From Dudresnaya verticillata (taxonomy: Eukaryota): a DNA stretch of 64,000 bases. The stretch spans positions 1,674,001-1,738,000 of the forward strand of contig OZ374559.1 of the NCBI GenBank assembly GCA_977862235.1. Reading direction: 5' to 3'. Below are positions 39,209 to 49,118 of the stretch, one piece after another (within the stretch, counting starts at the first letter, position 1; the number at the start of each line of letters is the position of its first letter). The translations under genes and the position numbers were made by a program. The notes beneath the pieces are model-generated. The model worked only from the letters and a program-made list of their open reading frames with translations. It was not told the origin of the DNA and searched no databases.

Positions 39209-39919
39209 GCTCTAAGCAGAGCGCCCGCTTTCCAGTCTGTTAAGGCACCTGGCCGACCTGGCGGGGAGGCTCAGCACTTCGCAGCAAAACGCGTGCGCAT
39301 TAAATACCCTCTGTGATACCGCGGCGCGCCGCCTGTTGCCTGCTCTTGAGGCTTCACACCCGTGGAGCGGCACGAGTGGCTGCACGGGGTGCATCTGGGT
39401 TATTCTGCAACCCAGATTCTGTTTGTGATCAGATTCTGGTTCTGCACTTGGCCAATTACATTTCAGGACAACTCTCCGCATGCCTGCGGAGCCACACAAG
39501 CTGCAGCTTCTGGGAGGCGGACACATAAAGCTGACGGTCACCCTGGGGTGACCTGGCGGCTGCAGTGCGCCGACATCACGAGTTGATATCGTTTTCACAC
39601 GCTTCCAAGGAAGTCGCCGCACAGCACGAATGGCAATGCTGCTGTTCCAGTTGTTTCAGTCTCTCTGATGGTTTTGGGATCGGCGAAGCAGACAACAGGG
39701 CTCGTATCTCTCCTCGACAACAACGTCCGGTTCACGACGCACATCACCAAGCCTGGCGTGAGCGCGGGCATCATGGGCAGGCGCATTTCAGCCGAACGGG
39801 CCTGGCTCATCTCAGCCGTCCTCACTGCGAACCGTGTGAGTCGTCTGCAGATTGCCGTGCATGGGTGAGCATGCTCATCCTGGACGGCACGCATTGGCGT
39901 TCAAGAATTCGGCAATAGA

Positions 39920-40800
39920 GAAGCTGAGAATGTTGCCGCGCCTGTGTCTCCAAATGATGAACTTGTTCCTAGCATTACAACGAACTTCGTGGAAGAGTTA
40001 GAAAGCGGTGTATCTGTTATTGGCAATGACTTTCAAGACCCGAATGTTTCCAGCTCAAGACAGAGGGAGGCTTCAGCACGTGCATCGAGAGCTTATGATT
40101 GTGTTAAACTCATCGGCCGACTCGCAACATTTCATTCAGGCGCAGTGAATGTGATCAGTCCGGGCTGATCGAATGGCCATTCGAAGAAGTGATGGTGCAA
40201 ACATCTTCATCTAATCTCTTACCACGGCTTGATATCGTCTTACAAAAGCTGCTTCGAGGGCTTTCTACGAATAGTTCTGTGCTCTCAGCTGATGCATTCA
40301 CAGTCAGTCATCAATCTCTAACCGAAGGCACAAAGCCGAAGGGGAAGGAGCTCATTACCGCCATTTCTGATTCGCGTGGTGAAGAGGACTAACTGAGAAA
40401 CACTGGAGCTAATACGCACCGAATGATCAGTTTTGGTATGCTGTTGTTGGGAAGCACGATCAACAAGATCATGGACGTCGTAATGGGCTCTGGTACAGAA
40501 TCACGTGAGTTACAAGCAATGGTAGAGCCCTTTTTGCCTATGGTTGTCCAATCGCTAAGAATATCCCAGGATTCCTTAACTCTGAATGCAGTCAACAACG
40601 TGCAAAAGCTCCTGAAACTTACCCTTCCCAACAAAGCTTCCGTTGCAGGAGAAATGTCGGAAACAATTGTCAGCGTTCTCTCACGAAAGGCAGGACTAGT
40701 CACATATACAGAAGACTTATTTCATGCTTGCCTGCGGACAGCAGCGGCATTGATTCACGAAGTCGGCGGTAAGCATTTCAAGGTAACCGAGTCGAAGCTC
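39920..40800 (+). pseudogene. UTP20: Captured fragment of U3 snoRNA-associated protein 20 (HEAT repeats), part 1
   Basis: SRAYDCVKLIG, LLRGLSTN, NTHRMISFGMLLL, MVEPFLPMVVQSL, LLKLTLP resemble the UTP20 C-terminal third (recognition by eye). Confidence 0.6.
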
Positions 40801-40809
40801 TTGTTGGGA

Positions 40810-41419
40810 TATCGTGTAACTGCCTTGAGAATGCAAAGGCCGCATCAGGGGCTTGTATTGCAGTGCGGAAAACTTGACTACCAGGATCCTGGTATTTCGG
40901 CATCTCCTTGAGCTCGAGCTCAAGGAGATGCCGAAACCTGGGGAGAAGAAGGAGTGTTGGCTTGTGCTACATGAAGTGAGTGCCCCGCAAAACGCTGGCG
41001 CCTTATTGCGCTCGGCGTACTTTCTCGGTGCGGACGGTGTCATTGCCTGCAAGAGAAATAGTACGAAGTTGACACCTGTGGTGTCGAAGGCGTCTGCTGG
41101 TGCACTCGAGGCGATGACAGTGTACGGTGTTAGCTCTATACCGAGCTTTGTCAGGGCAGCGAGGAGGGACGGATGGGGTGCGATTGGTACTGCCCTTGGG
41201 GACGGGGCAGTCGATGAAAAGACGGCTGAGCTGGACAGTTCATCGCTGGTTGTGATGGGCAGTGAGGGGCATGGTCTGAGGACTATGGTGAGGTATGAGT
41301 GTGATTTACTGGTCAGGATACGCGGTCGAGAGGAAGAGTACGACGCGGAGGATGCCGTAGACTTTCTCAATGTGAGTGTCGCCGGTGCTGTGACGTTATT
41401 TCAACTGTTAGGGCGATAA
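40810..41419 (+). pseudogene. Captured 5'-truncated SpoU/TrmH-family rRNA 2'-O-methyltransferase (MRM1/RlmB-like)
   Basis: RPHQGLVL, LHEVSAPQNAGALLRSAYFLG, VVSKASAGALE, VMGSEGHGLR, VDFLNVSVAGAV. Confidence 0.88.
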
Positions 41420-41479
41420 GCTGGAGATTTCTATTCATGAGTACGGGTCTTCCAAGGCGTTAAGGATGGCGCTAGGATG

Positions 41480-42800
41480 AATTGTGGTTCTAATTCAAGC
41501 ACCTCTGCCTGCCTTCAGATACCGAAAATCGAAACGATGCTACTGATAATGCATTATCATGAGAAAAGCCAAACACGGAAGCGCTAACTGTAAACATCAT
41601 GGCTGCAATGTGGCAAGATATGGACCTGGAAGGGCCATGGTATGCTTGACCGAGGCCACAGAAGCTAAGACACAATGGGAACAGGGGCTCTGGCAAGCGT
41701 CTCTGGAGGCCATCAATACGGTATTTCTCGAGTTCCCTGCGGAGGTGCTGGAGGCTAGCCTCACTCTGCTGAGTGGGAATACTTGCACTGGGTGGCGAAG
41801 ACCATGATGCGGACTGGGAGAAAACGTACGCCGTCTTGCAGGGCATAGAGATTGCTTTACGTAAGCAACAAGACATGAGCAGGGCGGTACAATTAGCATT
41901 GCAGCTTGTTATGTGCCCTTTGTGGGAGAGGTTGCCAGTCCTTTTAGTTCACAAACAGCAATGGATTCGACTGTCTTCAGCACAGCTCTTAGGAAAGCAT
42001 TTATCTGCGTCAGGTGGTCGACATTCTTCTCCGAAGGAGGCCAACGACACTGTTCATTTTGTTTTGTGGTCAACAACTGGAACAGTCCGCGCCATTTTGA
42101 AGTCTAGCTGTCTTCAGCTAGAAGCAAACATTTATGAGAAGACCTAGCTCATCAGTGCTTGAAGAACTTACTTTGCATCGCACACGCGACCTACAATAAT
42201 TCTGATATTGCAGAGCTCGCGGAAAGTGACAGTACAGCAATGGGGGGCAGCAGTGAAGCTAAAGAAGAAGATTCTTCCGGGCTGTGGTGGCTGCTGGCAC
42301 GAATGAGTGGGCTTTCTGTGCATTTCGGTGAGACAGAAGCAGCCATGCTTCGTCGAGGCTGCTCATTACGATTCTTACTGATAACAAGCAAATGGGGGGC
42401 TTTGACTGGGTCCAACGCCAAAAGGAGTTTAACATTTCTCCTGTTGTCAAAAGTTTGGAGTCTGGGCAGGGTTCACATAAGACTAGCATGGCCGCTATCA
42501 ATGCTGGTGTCAACAATGAGTCTAGACTCAGCTACTCAGCTGAGAAAAGCCAGATGCTAAGTGTCGAAAACTTGCGGGCGATGGCAAGCACACTTTAGGA
42601 AGCGCTAATTGACGGGCTCGGCGCAACAGAATACTACGGGGTATATCAAACCTTCCGCCAGAAGCGAGAGGACCAGAAGCAAGGGAGAAAACGACAAGCG
42701 GTGCTTGAATTGGCAGTCAATCCCGAGCGAGCAGCAAAGAGACGTAGGAAAAAGGCGGATACTCGGAAACATCGGAAACCAGGCCGTGATGTGAATAGGA
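41480..42800 (+). pseudogene. UTP20: Captured fragment of UTP20, part 2 including C-terminus
   Basis: LLVHKQQWIRLSSAQLLG, CLQL...KNLL, WLLARMS, and basic tail KREDQKQGRKRQAVLELAVNPERAAKRRRKK (frame at ~42640-42790). Confidence 0.68.
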
Positions 42801-43875
42801 GACTATTCGGACGCGCGTCAGGCGGACTGGAAGGGGAGTCGGGCAGGATACCGTGAGTGATGGATTCGTGGGGCGGGAGTCGTCGCGGTGAGGGTAACGG
42901 CGTTTGTGGGGCAGTGTGTTGTGGCAGGCGTATTTGTGTCCACATTCTGGGCATTCAGGTCGTGAGCTCGCAGCGCCGAGGCCAGATAGATTGTGGAGTT
43001 TGCGGGCTCTCAGGACCTGTTCCCCGATACTGATATTGCACTTTGGGCTTCTGCGTTGCCGTGAAGCGCAATATCTGTTCTCATATCAATGTGACTTGGC
43101 CGCATTCAGAAGCTGTAAAGGTGTTGACGGCGGCCCAATGGAAAGACCCTTTTACAAGCTTATTCAATATCATTGGACAGAAAATCTATACAGGTTTTTC
43201 AGCGCACATTTTGCCACATCAAATGAACAGCTATTTGGCCCGGCGCTCTCGCCCCACCTGTTCCCTGATACTGATATTGCACCCACAGGTGTTGACACCT
43301 CCCACCCCCGAGAACCTGTTCCTCGTAAATTGACCGCCGCGCCCCCCGCTGGCACGCCGCTGGCAACGGTGTGCCAGTACTCACCGAAACCGTGTGTGGC
43401 ATGCTATTTTACTCGCAGTATCAGGGGGTATCAGCACCTGGCCAGGCCGGCCTCAACTTCAAAGCCCGGCCAAGTCGGCTGGGACAGCGAGCAGCATGCC
43501 CTAATTGACTTTGTTGCATCTCGCAGTGCAGGTCCGGTGAAACCTGCATTCTACCAATTCCAACTGTACGGCCTGTGCTAAGAATAGTTCTGATGGAGAC
43601 TGCCCACACCCGGTGAACAATCCACGTGACCTCCCGTGCCATCTCGGAATTTGCGGCACATCCATGTCGTACTCCCGCCGTCCAGTGTGTCGAAAGCCCG
43701 TATGGTGTCAGTCGAAAACGGCACCGTGCAAACATGAGCCGGGGACGTAAAGAATTTCTAGCGGAAGGTTTTCTGAACAGAATCTGGACAACTCGTCGGA
43801 CATGCAGTACCCCTTTCCGTACTCTTTCAAGGAGAGCGGTTTTCACGTGCACAGTGAGTCTTTCTCTCGCACACC

Positions 43876-46800
43876 ATGTCGAAGCGCAAGAAGCGGAACA
43901 GGGGGTCAAGTCAGCCCTTGAGGAAGGAGGAGATAGCACAGGCACTATTTGGAGATGTCATGGAGGGGTCTACCAACATTCGAATAGACCCCAGGTCCTG
44001 TGTTCCGATGACTGATATAAGGGACATCTCGAGATCCGGTGTTGAGAGGCTCAAGAAGATTTTCAGGGGTGGTGCGACGAGGAGCGCTAACTACAACAAC
44101 GGGTACATTGCCGGTTCTGATGCGCCCATACTGGCTCGCCTAACAGGTCCCTTCAGGAGTTTCATTTTTGAGTTTCTACGAGCTAAACGGAATGCGGATG
44201 GGACAGAGTACACAGAGAAACAGGTGAAAGAAGAGGCCTCCAGTCGGTCGGAGTGGTTCGGAGTTGTTGATGGCATGCATCGACTTATCGCCATTACGGA
44301 GCTAATCGATGAAGACCGGGAGACATGGAAGGGTTTGCTTTGACTGCCACTGTGCTTAAAGGGGGCACAACATCCAGATTCTGAAGCAACTGGCTCGTCA
44401 TCAGAACAGAAAGCACGACTCCAGCTTTTTTGTAGAGACCACGTTTTACGATCAGATATGCGGTCTGAGGAAAGAGGCAGACCGTCTCGAAGCCAGTAAT
44501 GGGAATATTCCGACTGCGACGGCAGTTGCCGAAGCATATGATGGATGCAGTCACCTATCGGAAAACACTATCAAACAGACAGCGGCAACCGTTCTTCGTC
44601 TTGACCGTCGCGTTATCGATGTAATTGGGAAGATAATGAAGGAGGAGGTCCCTGAACTAGCAACTATGCAACTGTTGACTGCTTCCGGAAAGGCCATAGA
44701 CTCAAACGTTGCGATGCAGAATCTGGATTGCAGAGTATACAGACGCTTCATTCACGTCAGTTCCATCAAGTCTTCCAAGGCCTTTATGAATGCAGGCAGC
44801 TCTGACAACGGCATTACTGTTCAAATAGCTACCCTGTACAGGCTTCGAGAGGTGTCAAGGACACACAATTTCAAACCTGTTTCGGCCAAACACACACAAG
44901 AGCAATTCGTGAAAGCTTCAGCCGCCCTTTCCGAGACTCGGAAATTTGAAGCGATGAGGGAGAGGACAGAATGGCCGTCAGGCATGAGTACATTAAGAGA
45001 AAACCTGTTACACACTACGAAGCTGGACGTCGAGGTCATCATGAATCGAGGTAATGACCGTACACTGTTGAAAAAAATAGTTGAGATGTACAGAGAGTGT
45101 TGTCCGGAAGAGGCCCCAGTGAAGTTGCAGAAGTACAAAGATCTGCAAACTGTGATGGATTCGACAGAAGGCAGACGTGATGACGCTGTCATGACCCGCC
45201 TGGGTTCCAATGAATGTGGAGCAAAAGATTCTGACGGTCAACAGAATTTGGACTGCACGTTGTCACCGCAGGTGGACGCTACCGGAATCTCTAACGACGA
45301 CGAGGTTTTGGACTTAGTAACATCAACCAATTCGAAAAGGGAAGAAGGTCGCGAACCAGCAGAATCTGGACAGGCACCCGTCCAGAACGCAGACCCTACC
45401 GCTGCATGTGCAGCCAAAGACCATTCTGTACCGGAAAAGAGTCCCACAGACCCCACTATATCAACTGTGTCATCAAAGCAGTCTGTTCGCCTCAACATGG
45501 GTACTAATCCTGTGCCGGTGGAGGACGGATCGCTTTCTGTTCCAATAGATTATCTTGCGGAAATGAAACTGACATGCTTTCAGATGACATGGCAGAGCTA
45601 CGACAGTACCGTAAGGAAGGAAGGTGACAAAAGATTCGATTTAATCCTCACAGATCCACCATACGGTACACCGAAATCGCAGTCTAAGTCGGGGAGGTCA
45701 TTCGATAATTACCTCAGCGAGGAAGACATTAAGAAGATAGTTGAGTTCTCGAGGCGCGTACTTGTAGCAGGGGGTGGTTGTTTGTTTCCACGTCATTCCT
45801 GAACTTCAGTGTATTCCACGAGGCTCTGAAGAAGGCACAATTCATGTGCCCAGCATACCCATTCGTATTCTCCAAAGACCCCAAGACCATGCAGGAACAC
45901 CGGGGGAGCGATATGCCCCAGAACTGTGTGGAAATAGCCGTCATGGCGCGTGCCCCAGGTCAGCACGGCGGAGGGTTCTCGCTCGACCTCAGGAGCGAGT
46001 ATCACTGCATCCCCTCCCCAGAAAAGCGGGAATTCGCGTGCATGTCCTCTCTACCAACACCGAAACACAAGTTGCTACGACCAGGCACCAAGTCCCCAGT
46101 TCTGGTCGAAGAGAAGTCTCCCGAAGTACTTGTGGAGATAATGACAACATTCTGTCCGGAGGGCGGGTCAGTTCTGGATATGCACAGCGGAACCATGACG
46201 ACTGGGATTGCAGCTCTCCGAACAGATCGTCGGTGTACACTAATCGAATCACAGGTCGAAAAATTCAAGCTGGGGGCTGAACGTTTGCGTAGGCTTGCCA
46301 CGGAAGCATATGAAATGAAAACAGGTCGTAAACGTTTGGAATCAAGTGCCCATGACGAACTGAATGGTATCGGTGAGGCAGTAAGAGGAAGTGTTGTCAA
46401 AACAGATTCTGCTCATCCAACAAACCATTCCGTAACGAGGAAGGGACCTGAAATGTCCCATCTAACGACACCGTCCGAGCACGTATTGGATGACCCCGAA
46501 GAGAGTATCGAGAAGCACGGCAGAAGTGAAGACAAAGTTGTAGGAAGTGTGGAGCTAAATGAAAAGTGCAGGAGAAGGAAAACACCTGAACCTTGTGCAA
46601 TGCCCAAGGTCGGAGAGAGAGTCATGCTTCTTGCAGATGATAAGGAAGTGGGGGAGGCCGTGTTGCATCCTGAAAAGACTCCAGGAGGGAACTGGAATGA
46701 ACGCTTGCACGGCCACGATCTGTCAGAATCTGCCAAACCAGGGGAGCATCTTGTGGTCGTCTACAGTTTGAATGTCATGGCGGAGTATGAGCTAAGTTCG

Positions 46801-46905
46801 TATCCGTATGTATTCAAGGGAGTAGAGGACCCTCCTGCCAATCTCAAGGGCCTAAATGGCTTATTGTTCTCGTGGGACTTGCACAACATGAAGAAGATTG
46901 GGTAG
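43876..46905 (+). pseudogene. ParB/Srx-like domain fused to beta-class N6-adenine/N4-cytosine DNA methyltransferase (~1000 aa; ~3 single-base frameshifts)
   Basis: NLS-like MSKRKKRNR; GVVDGMHRLIAI (44263); FDLILTDPPYG (DPPY 45653-45664); EKSPEVLVEIMTTFCPEGGSVLDMHSGTMTTGIAALRTDRRCTLIE. Confidence 0.85.
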
Positions 46906-47413
46906 GAATTATAGTCAGTACAGTACTATTGTCATAGGCCGAATTGAACATTTCTCGAGCATCCGTATTCTGAACATGTCTTTGCGTCTTGCTTCCGCCA
47001 TGGTCCATGAATTCGACGTCGTTCAGGCACCATTTACTCTAATAACGCCAATGCTTCCACGTCCCGTACTATGAACGCGGGGGTTATATTTGGTCCAACA
47101 AACAGAATCTGTCACGGAAGGCTGTCGCGAGTGTGGCACATGTACCGTACTGCTGCAGCTGTTGGCAACGTTGCCGCATATTGGCAGTAAGTGATTGATC
47201 GACTAAGTACCGGAGTGCGCCCAGGGCTGTCTCCAACGCATATGAAATGGACACCCGTCAGCTCGTGGAAAGATGGACCATGTATTGTCCAGGCACGCAG
47301 TGATCCTGTCGCAGTTAAAGGCCTCGTCCATTTCGGAAAGAGAGCTGAGATGAAACGAAGTGTTCGTTCACCACCATAATCTGCTGTGACCAGAATACCG
47401 CTGTATTGAGACC

Positions 47414-47934
47414 ATGGATGACTTGATTCTGGATGTGGAAAAGCTGTACAACGCCGTTAAACGTCGGATGGAGGAAGATCTTAATCGTGAGGCACGAAAA
47501 TGGACGCACCAAAGCCCTAGCAGTGACGACGACATTCTGGACAACCACAATGACCTGGATCGTGCTCAAATGGCTTGGGAATCATCACAGCAATTTTACG
47601 CAGACAAGACGATGATGGAGCATTCCCACCATCAGAAAGCTTTGGAAAAGTTGTACAGGTTGTTGCTGAAGAAAATCTTTCTCGTGGGAAGGGGCAAGTA
47701 CGTACACGGTGCAGCCCATGCTATAGACTTCGCGATCGTCGAAACGCTGCACAGGGCGGAGAGAACGCGTATCAACTGGACCGCTACACACGTCTGCTTT
47801 GCACAAAATTCTACATGTCCAACAGCCGCGCAATGAAACCGGAGGTGAGGATGTGCATCATGAGGAGCCTGAACAATGAACTGTCTAGTTGTGAAGGGCT
47901 GTATATGCGGAAGCATGATAGCAGCGATTGCTAA
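47414..47934 (+). CDS. Small hypothetical ORF inside the Sola-like element (possibly frameshifted)
   Basis: 140-aa helical, charged ORF 47414-47836 with overlapping continuation to 47934; no recognisable motif. Confidence 0.35.
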
Positions 47935-48109
47935 CGTTAGAGATAGTAAAGTGGTGGCCTTCTCCCATGAGCACAGCAATGCGCTTCATTCCATTTGGCG
48001 GCCTACAATCGGGGATGTGCCCCATTGAAGTATGGCATGGTCCTCAGCTGCGGCGCAATAAACGCGGCGCAGACAACAGAATGCAATGGGGTCAGGCTGG
48101 CATTGTGCA

Positions 48110-49118
48110 GAACCGCAAGGGAAATCGACTCCTGTAGCGTCAGTCTACGCCACAAGTTAAGTCCGAACCGCGGGTGCGCAAGTGGCTTAGCTACCTGGTA
48201 GTGTACCAGGTCGGACGGGTAGTGGGCCCAGTTGTGAGGACGGGTCAGAATGCGGGTGGCCGTGCCGCACGGGAGCGGGGTAGGGGTGAGGGAGGCGTGT
48301 CGGGGGACTGCTGGGAGGGGCTGACCATGCGTCAGAATGCGGCAACTTGATGTGGACGTGTTAGAATGCGGCCGGGCGCGGTGCGCAGGAGCGCGGGGAA
48401 GGGTGAGGGAGGCGTGTCGGGGGACTGCTGGGAAGGGCTGACCATGCGCCCGAATGCGGCAACTTGAGGTGGACGTGTCAGAATGCGGCCAGGCGCGGTG
48501 CGCAGGAGCGCGGGGAAGGGTGAGGGAGCCGTGTAGGGGGATTGCTGGGAGCGTGAGACAGAGTGCGGTCACAGGCCGGACTGGGGCGGGGAGCGGCACT
48601 ACGGGTCTGGGAGGGGGTGGGGAAGCGCGCCTCATTAAGCGCAAGGCAGAAGCAGAGCGCGTGCGCACGCGCCGGAATGCGGAATGCGTGGGCCAGTAGC
48701 AGCACCAGGAAGGGTGATGGTGGGAGTGGCTGTCGGACGTGGGGAGGTGGCCGAGCGCGCGTCGGAATGCGGTGGGAAGCCAAGTCCGAGCGCGTCGGAA
48801 TGCGGCGGGAAGTCGCCAGAATGCGGTGTGCGGTCGGGGGGCGGGGGCGCGGGCGGCGGGACGGGCCAGAATCAATTTCTGGAGAATTTTTAATTGGAAC
48901 TTTTCGGAAAAATCACAACTTTCGGGAACTTTCCACCCGGGGGGGCCCATATGCCGGAGCGCATAACTCCGAAAATATTTGCGTTTGCTCCGGTCTGTTT
49001 GCACCACTATTCTCAGGGTAGCGCCCCCTTTCCAACGCGCTATCGAACGCCGGGATTCAAGGACCCTCAAAAAATTCTGTTCTGTTTTGGAAATTCTGTA
49101 GCCGGCGAAATTAGTGTT
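48110..49118 (-). repeat. Right terminal inverted repeat (~1 kb) containing ~119-bp tandem repeats (48245-48540)
   Basis: Reverse complement of left TIR; GAATGCGGCAACTTGA recurs at ~48335 and ~48453. Confidence 0.92.

Larger units (their letters stand above)
35362..49118. mobile_element. 13.76-kb TIR DNA transposon, Sola1-like, with ParB-methyltransferase gene and captured host fragments
   Basis: Termini AACACTAATTTCGCCGGC...GCCGGCGAAATTAGTGTT; GTAT duplicated at 35358-35361 and 49119-49122; removal restores Gypsy KKGYLNTQADALS. Confidence 0.93.

Noticed and set aside
40853..41419. SpoU ORF as a functional host gene
   Set aside because: No ATG start, frameshifted 5' end, truncated N-terminal domain, embedded in UTP20 fragments within TIRs
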